Origin: Isoptericola halotolerans
Lineage (GTDB): Bacteria > Actinomycetota > Actinomycetes > Actinomycetales > Cellulomonadaceae
Length of the DNA: 64,000 nt
NCBI RefSeq assembly: GCF_013149785.1
Contig: NZ_JABEZU010000001.1
Location: forward strand, 992,001 to 1,056,000
Direction of reading: 5' to 3'
The notes below the pieces were generated by a model that was not told where the DNA came from, searched no databases, and saw only the letters and a list, made by a program, of their open reading frames with translations. Both the position numbers and the translations under genes were made by a program. Of this stretch, positions 27,944 through 36,974 are shown piece by piece (positions within the stretch are counted from its first letter, which is position 1; every line of letters starts with the position of its first letter).

Positions 27944-28825
27944 ATGAGCGCACAGAAGCTGGACGGCAAGGCGACTGCCGCCGCGATCAAGGACGACCTG
28001 CGCGGGCGGGTGGCCACCCTGCGGGAGAAGGGCGTGGTGCCCGGGCTCGGCACGCTGCTGGTCGGTGAGGACCCGGGTTCGCAGTGGTACGTGGCCGGCA
28101 AGCACCGCGACTGCGCGGAGGTGGGCATCGAGTCCATCCGCGAGGACCTGCCGGCCGACGCCACGCAGGAGGACATCGAGGCGGCCGTGCGGCGGCTCAA
28201 CGACGACCCGACCTGCACCGGGTACATCGTGCAGCTGCCGCTGCCGGCAGGGATCGACACCAACCGCGTGCTGGAGCTCGTCGACCCGGCCAAGGACGCC
28301 GACGGCCTGCACCCGACCAACCTCGGCAGGCTCGTGCTGCGGGTCGGCGAGGAGATCGACTCCCCGCTGCCGTGCACGCCGCGCGGCATCGTCGAGCTCG
28401 TCGAGCGCCACGGGGTCGACTGGGCCGGCAAGGAGGTCGTGGTGCTGGGCCGCGGCGTGACCGTGGGTCGGCCCATCGGGTTGCTGCTCACCCGCAAGGC
28501 GGTCAACGCCACGGTGACGCTCACGCACACCGGGACCCGTGACCTCCCCTCGCTGATCCGCCGCGCAGACGTCGTGATCGCGGCTGCCGGGGTCGAGGGC
28601 CTCGTCACCGCGGACATGGTCAAGCCCGGAGCGGTGCTCGTCGACGTGGGCGTCTCGCGTCGCACCGACCCGGAGACCGGCAAGTCGCGGGTGGTCGGCG
28701 ACATCGCGCCCGAGGCCCGGGAGGCGGCCGGCTGGTACTCGCCCAACCCGGGCGGCGTCGGCCCCATGACCCGGGCGATGCTGCTGGCGAACGTCGTCGA
28801 GTCCGCGGAGCGGGCGGCCGGCTGA
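27944..28825 (+). CDS. folD: Bifunctional methylenetetrahydrofolate dehydrogenase/cyclohydrolase
   Basis: [26 protein letters not shown]. Confidence 0.97.
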   Translation: MSAQKLDGKATAAAIKDDLRGRVATLREKGVVPGLGTLLVGEDPGSQWYVAGKHRDCAEVGIESIREDLPADATQEDIEAAVRRLNDDPTCTGYIVQLPLPAGIDTNRVLELVDPAKDADGLHPTNLGRLVLRVGEEIDSPLPCTPRGIVELVERHGVDWAGKEVVVLGRGVTVGRPIGLLLTRKAVNATVTLTHTGTRDLPSLIRRADVVIAAAGVEGLVTADMVKPGAVLVDVGVSRRTDPETGKSRVVGDIAPEAREAAGWYSPNPGGVGPMTRAMLLANVVESAERAAG

Positions 28826-28858
28826 CCGCGGTCGGGACTCCTCTGCCAGGATGGCTCG

Positions 28859-29722
28859 ATGACTGCGACGAGCCAGCACGGCTGGACCACCGACCCTCGT
28901 GAGCTGCTCCGTGTCGGGGAGGGGTTCCGTCTCGCGGACGTCGACCCGGACGCCACGCCCGGCTACGACGGGCGCAAGAAGCATGGCCGGGCCGACCTGC
29001 GCGCCGGCGCCGACGAGCTCGCCGCCCTGCAGGAGCGGCTCTACGCCCAGAGCCGGGTGGACCCGTCGACGCCGGCCGTGCTGCTCGTGCTGCAGGCGAT
29101 GGACTCCGCGGGCAAGGGCGGGATCGTCCGACATGTCATCGGGGCCACCGACCCGCAGGGCATCCGGCTCAAGGCGTTCAAGAAGCCGACGGCCGAGGAG
29201 CTGCAGCACGACTTTCTGTGGCGGGTCGAGAGAGAGCTGCCCGAACCGGGCTTCATCGGCGTCTTCGACCGCTCGCACTACGAGGACGTCCTCATCGGTG
29301 CCGTCCGCGAGCTCGCGCCACCGGAGGAGATCGAGCGTCGCTTCGGGGCGATCAACGACTTCGAGGAGCGGCTGGCGGCGTCGGGGACCAAGGTCGTCAA
29401 GGTCATGCTCCACATCTCGTCGGCGGAGCAGAAGTCGCGTCTCATGGAGCGCCTGGACCGGCCGGACAAGCACTGGAAGTACAACCCGGGCGACGTCGAC
29501 GAGCGTCTGCTGTGGCCGCGCTACATGGACGCCTTCCAGACGGTGCTGGAGCGCACGTCGACCGACCTCGCCCCGTGGCACGTGGTGCCCGCGAACGCGA
29601 AGTGGTACGCCCGCCTCGCCGTGCAGGCGCTGCTGCTGGACGCCCTGGAGTCCATCGATCCGCGGTGGCCGGCCGCCGCCTACGACGTCGCGGCCGAGAA
29701 GCGGCGCCTCGCGGCGAGCTGA
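28859..29722 (+). CDS. ppk2: Polyphosphate kinase 2 family protein
   Basis: QAMDSAGKGG, HDFLWR, FDRSHYEDVL, KHWKYNPGD. Confidence 0.92.
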   Translation: MTATSQHGWTTDPRELLRVGEGFRLADVDPDATPGYDGRKKHGRADLRAGADELAALQERLYAQSRVDPSTPAVLLVLQAMDSAGKGGIVRHVIGATDPQGIRLKAFKKPTAEELQHDFLWRVERELPEPGFIGVFDRSHYEDVLIGAVRELAPPEEIERRFGAINDFEERLAASGTKVVKVMLHISSAEQKSRLMERLDRPDKHWKYNPGDVDERLLWPRYMDAFQTVLERTSTDLAPWHVVPANAKWYARLAVQALLLDALESIDPRWPAAAYDVAAEKRRLAAS

Positions 29723-29797
29723 GCGGCGATGAGTCCGGCCGCCCGGCACCGTCGTACCTCCTGAGGCCCCGACCCGCGGGGCGAAGGAGGGAACGCC

Positions 29798-30286
29798 ATG
29801 GTCACCGTTCGACCGCACCTGTGGTTCGCCGACAACAACGCCCACGAGGCCGCGGCCTTCTATGCCGAGCACGTCCCCGACTCCAGGGTCCGGCACGTGC
29901 TCACGGCGTCCGACGGGATCCCGGGCGCGGAACCGGGCGAGCCGTTCATCGTCGAGTTCACGGTCTGCGGTCTCGAGGTCGTCGGCCTGAACGCCGGTCC
30001 GCACCTGCGCCTGGACGAGGCCTTCAGCTTCTACCTGCTGTGCGACGGCCAGGACGAGGTGGACCACTACTGGGACCTGCTCATCTCCGGTGGCGGCCGG
30101 CCCGGGCAGTGCGGATGGTGCACCGACCGCTTCGGTGTGAGCTGGCAGGTGATCCCGAAGCAGCTCGAGGAGCTCTGCGGTGACTACACCACCGCGGCGA
30201 ACCAGCGGGCGATGCAGGCGATGCTGCAGATGTCCAAGATCGACGTGCCGACCCTGGAGGCGGCCTACGCCGACCAGCCGGCATAG
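29798..30286 (+). CDS. VOC/PhnB-like (3-demethylubiquinone-9 3-methyltransferase family) protein
   Basis: PHLWF, LNAGP, QDEVDHYW, CGWCTDRFGVSWQV. Confidence 0.88.
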   Translation: MVTVRPHLWFADNNAHEAAAFYAEHVPDSRVRHVLTASDGIPGAEPGEPFIVEFTVCGLEVVGLNAGPHLRLDEAFSFYLLCDGQDEVDHYWDLLISGGGRPGQCGWCTDRFGVSWQVIPKQLEELCGDYTTAANQRAMQAMLQMSKIDVPTLEAAYADQPA

Positions 30287-31314
30287 GCGACGAGGGCCGC
30301 GGCCAGGAGTATCCCGACGCCGACGACGACGTGCACGCGTCGTCGGGCGCGCAGGACCGCGACGAACTCGCGCAGGTAGGCGCTCGGGAAGTAGTACGGC
30401 GCGGTCGGGGCACCGATCGCGTGCGCCTCGATGCCGAGGTCCAGCGCCTCCAGCGCGGCCCGGGGCGCGTGGTAGCTGTTGGTCGCCACCAGGTAGGGCG
30501 GCTCGATGCCACGCTCCCGCAGGAGCGTCGCCGAGAACACCAGGTTCTCCTGCGTGGTGCGCGCGCGGTCCTCGACGAGGACCCGGTCGGCCGGGATGCC
30601 GTGGTCGGTCAGCCAGGTGGCCATCGCTCGTCCCTCGGGCACGGTCTCGTCCGCGCCCTGACCGCCGGAGGCCACCAGCCACGCCGGGACGTCGTCGCCG
30701 AGACGTCGGGCGGCCTCGACGGCGGTCCGCAGTCGAGCGGCCAGCAGGGGCGGGACCTTGCCGGAGACCACCCGGGACCCGAGCACGACGACGGCGCGGG
30801 CGTCCACGCGGCGTGCGTACCGCCGGTACTGCCACGTCTGCACGACGAACCCGAGGAAGTAGTACGCCAGCCATGCCCCGCCGAGTGCCACGGCGGTGGC
30901 CAGTGCGGAGGCCAGGGGCTGGTCGAGCAGGACGAGTCCGACGACGACCCCCGGCGCGGTCAGCAGCGCCGCGCCGGCCAGCAGCGACAGCAGGTTGCCC
31001 AGCGACCGGCGCTCGGAGCGGATCATCGTCAGGCCGTTCGCGACGAGGAAGAACGGCAGCACGAGCGCGGTGAGGGCGACGACCACCAGGAGGGCGAGGG
31101 AGAACCACTCGAGGACCTCGGTTCCGTCGGGCAGCAGGGCGACGGTCCGGTTCACCAGACCGACCAGGCTGTAGCCGAGCGCCACCAGCAGGAAGCCGTT
31201 GCGCAGCCGACGGCGGTCGCGACGCATCGACCACGCGCACCAGGTGCCCCAGAACAGGGTGGAGGCGAGGGCGGCGACGACGGCCTGCCAGGTCACGGTG
31301 TCCACGGTCCCCAC
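30265..31314 (-). CDS. YdcF/DUF218 family membrane protein
   Basis: N-terminal TMs; VVVLGS, SGGQGADE, EDRARTTQENL, TNSYHAPRA. Confidence 0.9.
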   Translation of the reverse strand: MGTVDTVTWQAVVAALASTLFWGTWCAWSMRRDRRRLRNGFLLVALGYSLVGLVNRTVALLPDGTEVLEWFSLALLVVVALTALVLPFFLVANGLTMIRSERRSLGNLLSLLAGAALLTAPGVVVGLVLLDQPLASALATAVALGGAWLAYYFLGFVVQTWQYRRYARRVDARAVVVLGSRVVSGKVPPLLAARLRTAVEAARRLGDDVPAWLVASGGQGADETVPEGRAMATWLTDHGIPADRVLVEDRARTTQENLVFSATLLRERGIEPPYLVATNSYHAPRAALEALDLGIEAHAIGAPTAPYYFPSAYLREFVAVLRARRRVHVVVGVGILLAAALVAYAGWSA

Positions 31315-31387
31315 GACGCCACCCTACGAGGAGGCACGTGACCTGTCCGACTGACAGGTGTCGGTGGCATGTGGTCGTATAGCCCGC

Positions 31388-32203
31388 GTGCTGACCATCG
31401 CCACCGCCAACGTCAACGGGATCCGTGCCGCCTTCCGCCGCGGCATGCACGACTGGATCTCCCGCCGCTCACCCGACGTCCTGCTGCTGCAGGAGGTCCG
31501 TGCCCCCGACGCGCTGGTGCGCGACTACCTCGAGGGGTGGCACGTCGCGCACCTGCCGTCCGAGCTCAAGGGGCGTGCGGGCGTCGCGGTCGCCTCGAGG
31601 CTGCCGGTCGCCGCGGTGCGCGGCGGGCTTCCGCCGCTCGACGGCGGTGCCGAGGCCGACGTCGACTCCGGGCGCTGGCTCGAGGTCGACCTCGCCCTGC
31701 CCGACGGCGGGACGATCACCGTGGTCTCGGCCTACCTGCACTCGGGCTCGACCAACCCGGGCCAGGAGCACACGATGGTCTCCAAGTACGCCCACCTGGA
31801 CCGGGTGAGCGCCCGGATGGTCGAGCTCGCGGCGTCGGACCTGCCGGCCCTGGTGGCGGGCGACCTCAACATCGCCCACCGCGAGGTCGACATCGCCAAC
31901 TTCAAGGGAAACCGCAAGAGCGCGGGGTTCCTGCCCGAGGAGCGCGCGTACGTCGACCGCTGGCTCGGCGCCGGGTGGACGGACCTCGGCCGGGCGCACG
32001 GCGGCGACGGGCCCGGGCCCTACACCTGGTGGTCGTGGCGCGGTCAGGCGTACGTCAACGACCGGGGGTGGCGCATCGACTACCAGCTCGCGAACGCGGC
32101 GCTCGCGGACCGGGCGGTCAAGGTCGAGGTCGACCGGGCGCCGTCCTACGAGGAGCGTTGGAGCGACCACGCGCCCGTCGTGGCCACGTACGACGTGGTG
32201 TGA
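31388..32203 (+). CDS. xth: Exodeoxyribonuclease III (AP endonuclease)
   Basis: NVNGIRA, LQEVR, GDLNIAH, YTWWSWR, WRIDY, SDHAP. Confidence 0.95.
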   Translation: MLTIATANVNGIRAAFRRGMHDWISRRSPDVLLLQEVRAPDALVRDYLEGWHVAHLPSELKGRAGVAVASRLPVAAVRGGLPPLDGGAEADVDSGRWLEVDLALPDGGTITVVSAYLHSGSTNPGQEHTMVSKYAHLDRVSARMVELAASDLPALVAGDLNIAHREVDIANFKGNRKSAGFLPEERAYVDRWLGAGWTDLGRAHGGDGPGPYTWWSWRGQAYVNDRGWRIDYQLANAALADRAVKVEVDRAPSYEERWSDHAPVVATYDVV

Positions 32204-32349
32204 GGCGCCCTTCGCCCTGAGGCCCCGGGCACCTGACGTGGTCAGAGTTCCGCTGCTGGTCATCTCGGCGTCGGCCAGGTGTCGTCCGACGCTGGTGGTA
32301 TCTCCCTGGACGAGCTCGTCACACGTCCGCCGACCACGGGAGGCCAAGG

Positions 32350-33588
32350 ATGAGCGAGACGAAGGCGCCGGAGCGGGAGCCTGAACCGACGGACGTCCGT
32401 CAGCAGGCCCGAAGTGTCACGTTGCGCAGCCCGCTCGAACGCCTCGGGCTGCGTGGACGGACGTTGGACGTCGCGAACTGGGTCTCCGTCGCGGCATCGA
32501 TCTACTTGCTGATCACCGCGGTCAACATCATCGGCTCGGGGTTCAAGACGGCGACGGGCGACAGCGCGGACGGCGTGTTCGCCTTCGCGTCCAACCCGTT
32601 CGTCGCCCTGATGATCGGGGTGCTCTTCACCGCGTTGACGCAGTCCAGCTCGACGACGACGTCGGTGACGGTCGGCCTGGTGGCCGGCGGCATGCCGATC
32701 CAGATCGCGATCCCGATGCTCATGGGTGCCAACATCGGGACCACGCTGACGAACACGCTGGTCAGCCTCGGCATGGCGCGGGACCGGGAGAACTTCCGCC
32801 GTGCCTTCTCGGCCGCCACCGTGCACGACTTCTTCAACCTCCTGGCGGTGCTGATCTTCCTGCCCCTGGAGATGGCCTTCGGGCTCCTGCAGCGAACCTC
32901 CGCGGTGATGGCCGAGTGGTCGTCGGGAACCGACGGCGGCGTCGTGGCCACGGTGTTCACCGGGATCGGCACGGTGGTCGGCGCCGTGACGAAGCCGCTG
33001 TCCGACCTGGTCAAGGACAGCACGGACTCCCTGCCCGACCTGTGGCAGGGGATCGTCATGATCGTGCTGGGGATCTCGCTGATCCTGTGGGTGATCAACC
33101 TCGTCGGCAGGCTCCTGAAGGTCCTCATGGTCGGCAGGGCCGCCGCCGTGCTGCACACCGCCATCGGGCGCGGGCCGGTGACGGGCATCGGCAGCGGCGC
33201 GGTGGTCACGGTCATGGTGCAGTCCAGCTCGACGACGACGAGCCTCATGATCCCCCTGGCGGGCTCGGGTGTGTTCTCCCTGAGGCAGATCTACCCGTTC
33301 ACCGTCGGAGCCAACATCGGCACCACGATCACCGCGCTCATCGCGGCGTTCGGCTTCACCGGCGTCGAGGCGGAGGCGGCGCTGCAGGCCGCGTACGTGC
33401 ACATGATGTTCAACGTCTACGCCACGTTGCTCATCTTCGGACTGCCCTTCCTGCGGGTGCTGCCCGTGCGGGGCGCCGAGTGGCTCGGCCGGGTAGCCAG
33501 CGTCAACAAGCTGTGGGCGGCCGCCTGGGTGCTCGGCGTGTTCGTCGCGATCCCGCTGACCCTGATCTTTGTCACCGCGGTCCTCTGA
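32350..33588 (+). CDS. Na+/Pi symporter (NptA/SLC34-like), paralog 1
   Basis: Two QSSSTTTS repeats, GANIGTT twice, ATVHDFFN. Confidence 0.93.
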   Translation: MSETKAPEREPEPTDVRQQARSVTLRSPLERLGLRGRTLDVANWVSVAASIYLLITAVNIIGSGFKTATGDSADGVFAFASNPFVALMIGVLFTALTQSSSTTTSVTVGLVAGGMPIQIAIPMLMGANIGTTLTNTLVSLGMARDRENFRRAFSAATVHDFFNLLAVLIFLPLEMAFGLLQRTSAVMAEWSSGTDGGVVATVFTGIGTVVGAVTKPLSDLVKDSTDSLPDLWQGIVMIVLGISLILWVINLVGRLLKVLMVGRAAAVLHTAIGRGPVTGIGSGAVVTVMVQSSSTTTSLMIPLAGSGVFSLRQIYPFTVGANIGTTITALIAAFGFTGVEAEAALQAAYVHMMFNVYATLLIFGLPFLRVLPVRGAEWLGRVASVNKLWAAAWVLGVFVAIPLTLIFVTAVL

Positions 33589-33611
33589 CCGCTCGAGGAG
33601 ACGAGTACGCC

Positions 33612-33917
33612 ATGACGGAAGCCCCTAGCCCTGGCCTGCGGGAGCACGAACGCGAGCTGGCCGCGATCCTCGACGAGGCCGAGCAGCGGATCGGTGAGCT
33701 CCGGCTCGAGCTGTCGCGCCGGGAGGACCTGTCGGCTCAGCACGCGGAGCTCGACCGGTTGGACGAGCACCTGGCGACGGCCAGGGTGAGCTGGAGCGAG
33801 GTGCGCGGCTTCTTCGACGACGTGCTCCACCAGCTCCGTGGGCGCGGGAACCCGCCGGCCGGGGACGAGGCTCCCGGAGGGCTCCGGGCCGCGGGACGGG
33901 AGCACGACGATGCGTGA
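33612..33917 (+). CDS. Small coiled-coil hypothetical protein, paralog A
   Basis: RBS GAGGAG; heptad pattern; motif AQHAELDRLDEHLA..WSEVRGFFDDVL shared with 36332-36592. Confidence 0.8.
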   Translation: MTEAPSPGLREHERELAAILDEAEQRIGELRLELSRREDLSAQHAELDRLDEHLATARVSWSEVRGFFDDVLHQLRGRGNPPAGDEAPGGLRAAGREHDDA

Positions 33918-34905
33918 GCGCAGGATGTCCGGCGTGGTGGCCGCCGCTGCGGTGGCTGGCGTCCTGCTCGCGGGTTGCGGGACCGGTCCGACGGCGACCG
34001 CAGGCGGTACCGGGTTGCTGGTGTCGGGGTCGAGCACGGTCGCCCCCATCACCCAGGCGGTGGCGCGCGACGGCCGGTTCGACGTCGACGTCGCGGCCGA
34101 GGGGACCACCGACGGCTTCGAGCGGTTCTGCCGGGGCGAGACCGTCGTCAACAACGCCTCCGAGGCGATCCCCGGGCCTGCCGAACCCGTCGACTACATG
34201 GCGTTGTGCGACGAGCACGGCGTGGAGTACGTCGAGCTGCCGGTCGCCCTCGACGCGCTGAGCGTCGTGCGTCATGTCGACGCGGACTTCGTCGACGGGC
34301 TGACGTCCGCCGAGCTGCAGGCCATCTGGTCGCCGGGAACGTCGGTGCGGACGTGGGCCGACGTCCGGCCGGAGTGGCCCGACCGGGAGATCTCGTTCTA
34401 CGGCCGGCCGCCGGGCTCGGGCACCTTCGACTGGTTCACGCACCGCGTGGTCGGCGAGACCGGCGCGGTGCGGAGCGACCTGCGTGGTACCGATGACATG
34501 GACCAGCTGGCAGCGTGGGTGGCCGGCGACCCGGACGCGCTGGCGTTCATGGGGGTCGGCAGCTATCTCGCTGCCGACGAGGGCCATCGGGACCAAATGA
34601 CGAACATCGACGTCGACGGCGTCGCCCCGACCCTGGAGAACGCCCGGTCCGGCGACTACGGGCTGGCACGACCGCTGTTCATCTATGTCTCGGCCGACGC
34701 GCTGGCGGAGGACGAGGAGGTGGAGCGGTTCGCCGAGCACTACCTGGACGCGGTGGCGACGGTGCTGCCGAGCACCTACTTCTATCCGTTGCCCGACGAG
34801 GCCTCCGAACGGGTGGAGCAGCGGCTCCAGGACCGCCTGACCGGCAGCGTCTACGCCGGCGACCCGTTCCGGCCGGACTCGATCGTCACGCTGCTCGGCG
34901 GGTGA
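33910..34905 (+). CDS. PstS-family phosphate-binding lipoprotein
   Basis: Lipobox LLAGC, SGSSTVAP, GTTDGF, RPPGSGTFDWF, LARPLFIYV. Confidence 0.88.
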   Translation: MRERRMSGVVAAAAVAGVLLAGCGTGPTATAGGTGLLVSGSSTVAPITQAVARDGRFDVDVAAEGTTDGFERFCRGETVVNNASEAIPGPAEPVDYMALCDEHGVEYVELPVALDALSVVRHVDADFVDGLTSAELQAIWSPGTSVRTWADVRPEWPDREISFYGRPPGSGTFDWFTHRVVGETGAVRSDLRGTDDMDQLAAWVAGDPDALAFMGVGSYLAADEGHRDQMTNIDVDGVAPTLENARSGDYGLARPLFIYVSADALAEDEEVERFAEHYLDAVATVLPSTYFYPLPDEASERVEQRLQDRLTGSVYAGDPFRPDSIVTLLGG

Positions 34906-34948
34906 GCGACCAGGTCGAGGTGAACGTGTGATGCACCGAACGGTGCGT

Positions 34949-34970
34949 GTTCATCTTCTGTTCACCTGAG
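34949..34970 (+). promoter_or_regulatory. PHO box-like 11-nt direct repeats (GTTCATCTTCT GTTCACCTGAG)
   Basis: GTTCA units at 11-nt spacing as in actinobacterial PhoP boxes; about 100 nt upstream of the second Na/Pi symporter. Confidence 0.7.
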
Positions 34971-35066
34971 GTCCGTGGTGGCGTCATCCAGCACTGGTTC
35001 TCTCGGAGGGTGATGACGAGCAGTGGCCGCCGGAAGGGCGGGTACCTCACCTCGACGGGAGACTCC

Positions 35067-36305
35067 ATGACCGACGTCCTGCCACAGGCGTCCGTGACCT
35101 CCGCCGCACCGACCGCCCCCGCCGAGGGCACGAAGCGGCTGGTCAGCCCGTTCGAGCGGCTGGGGCTGTCGGGCCGTCCGCTGCGGACGGCGAACTGGCT
35201 CGGCGTCGTCGTCGGTGTCTACGTGCTCATCACCGCCGTCGAGCTCATCGGGTCCGGCTTCAAGGTGGCGACCGGTGGCACCGCCGAGTCGCTCTTCGCC
35301 TTCGCCGCGAACCCGTTCGTCGCCCTCATGGTCGGCGTGCTGTTCACCGCGGCGACGCAGTCGAGCTCGACGACGACGTCGGTCACCGTCGGCCTGGTCG
35401 CCGGTGGCCTGCCCATGAGCATCGCCATCCCCATGCTGATGGGTGCCAACATCGGCACCACGCTGACGAACACGCTCGTCAGCCTCGGGATGGTGCGGGA
35501 CAAGGAGAGCTTCCGCCGGGCCTTCTCGGCCGCGACGGTGCACGACTTCTTCAACCTCATCGCCGTCGCGATCTTCCTGCCACTGGAGCTCGCCTTCGGC
35601 GTGCTGCAGCGGTCCTCGGCCTGGCTCGCGGACGCCAGCTCGGGATCTGACGGCGGGTTCGTCGCCACGATCTTCTCCGGCCTCGGTACCGTCGTGGACA
35701 CCCTCACGGAGCCCCTGGCCGACCTGCTCGCGTGGTCGACCTCGTTCTTGCCGGGCGCCTGGCACGGCGTCGCCATGATCGTCCTCGGGATCGGCCTCAT
35801 CCTGGCCGTCATCAACTGGCTCGGCCGACTCCTCAAGGTCCTCATGGTGGGCCGGGCGGCCGAGGTCCTGCACGCCTCCGTGGGGCGCGGTCCCCTCACC
35901 GGCATCGCCAGCGGTGCCGCGATGACCGTCATGGTGCAGTCCTCGTCCACCACGACGAGCCTCATGATCCCGCTGGCCGGGTCCGGGACCTTCTCGCTCA
36001 AGCAGATCTACCCGTTCACGGTCGGTGCCAACATCGGCACCACGATCACCGCGCTGATCGCCGCCTTCGCCTTCACCGGCGTCGAGGGCACGCTCGCGCT
36101 GCAGGCCGCCTACGTGCACCTGCTGTTCAACATCTTCGCCGCCCTGGTGGTCTTCGGGATGCCGCTGCTGCGCCAGCTCCCGCTGCGTGGCGCGACGTGG
36201 CTCGGTAACGTCGCCGCCACGAACAAGCTGTGGGCCGCGGCCTGGGTGCTGGGCGTGTTCGTCGGGATCCCGCTGGCGCTCATCGGCATCACGACCGTCC
36301 TGTGA
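35067..36305 (+). CDS. Na+/Pi symporter (NptA/SLC34-like), paralog 2
   Basis: Same motifs as 32350-33588; clearly paralogous along its full length. Confidence 0.93.
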   Translation: MTDVLPQASVTSAAPTAPAEGTKRLVSPFERLGLSGRPLRTANWLGVVVGVYVLITAVELIGSGFKVATGGTAESLFAFAANPFVALMVGVLFTAATQSSSTTTSVTVGLVAGGLPMSIAIPMLMGANIGTTLTNTLVSLGMVRDKESFRRAFSAATVHDFFNLIAVAIFLPLELAFGVLQRSSAWLADASSGSDGGFVATIFSGLGTVVDTLTEPLADLLAWSTSFLPGAWHGVAMIVLGIGLILAVINWLGRLLKVLMVGRAAEVLHASVGRGPLTGIASGAAMTVMVQSSSTTTSLMIPLAGSGTFSLKQIYPFTVGANIGTTITALIAAFAFTGVEGTLALQAAYVHLLFNIFAALVVFGMPLLRQLPLRGATWLGNVAATNKLWAAAWVLGVFVGIPLALIGITTVL

Positions 36306-36331
36306 GCCTGCACGGATGGGGAGGAAACCCC

Positions 36332-36592
36332 ATGACGAGCGAGAAGCCCGAGGACGCCGCCGCCGTCGAGCGTGAGCTGGAGCGGATCGTCGCCGAGGCA
36401 GAGGCCAAGCTGGCCGAGGTCCGCCGTGAGCTCGCCGAGCGGCGCCGGCAGGACGCCCAGCACGCCGAGATCGACCGGCTCGAGGAGCACCTGGCCAACG
36501 CCACCGTCCGGTGGGAAGAGGTGCGCTCGTTCTTCGACGACGTGCTGACACAGCTCCGCCGGCACGACGACGGCGAGCACCTGTCCGAGTGA
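36332..36592 (+). CDS. Small coiled-coil hypothetical protein, paralog B
   Basis: RBS GGAGG; AQHAEIDRLEEHLA..WEEVRSFFDDVL. Confidence 0.8.
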   Translation: MTSEKPEDAAAVERELERIVAEAEAKLAEVRRELAERRRQDAQHAEIDRLEEHLANATVRWEEVRSFFDDVLTQLRRHDDGEHLSE

Positions 36593-36644
36593 CCCGCTGA
36601 CCCGCTAGGCCCCGCGCCGGCGACGAGTCGTCGCGAGGAGAACC

Positions 36645-36957
36645 GTGGGCATCACCAGGCAGCACGCCTTCCCGGCACTCCGCATCGTCATCTGGTGCCC
36701 CTGCCGCCTCGCACCCGACCGTGACGCTGCAGGCCGCCACCCCCGTGACGGCGTCCGTCATCGGTCAGGTCCCCGCCGAGTACGAGGGGGAGGGCCCGCG
36801 CGCGTACCTGCTGGTCGACCACATGACCCGCTGGTTCCCCGACTCCGTCTCGGCGGACAACTACCGGTTCTGGGTGCCACCGGACAGGGCTGACGAGCTG
36901 GCGACGGTGCTCGCCCGGGACCTGACGGCCGCCGGGGCACCGTTCTCCGTGGACTGA
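36645..36957 (+). pseudogene. Small hypothetical gene with an apparent +1 frameshift near 36693 (or intact 78-aa ORF 36721-36957)
   Basis: RBS GAGGAG precedes GTG 36645, but the high-GC3 protein-like frame continues as 36694-36957. Confidence 0.4.
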
Positions 36958-36974
36958 GGTCCGGTACCGACCGG

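Noticed and set aside
27890..31450. Very long antisense ORFs (e.g. 27890-31450, 57492-61061, 11559-14459, 22762-25014)
   Set aside because: Shadow frames typical of high-GC DNA; they overlap well-supported genes and lack recognisable motifs
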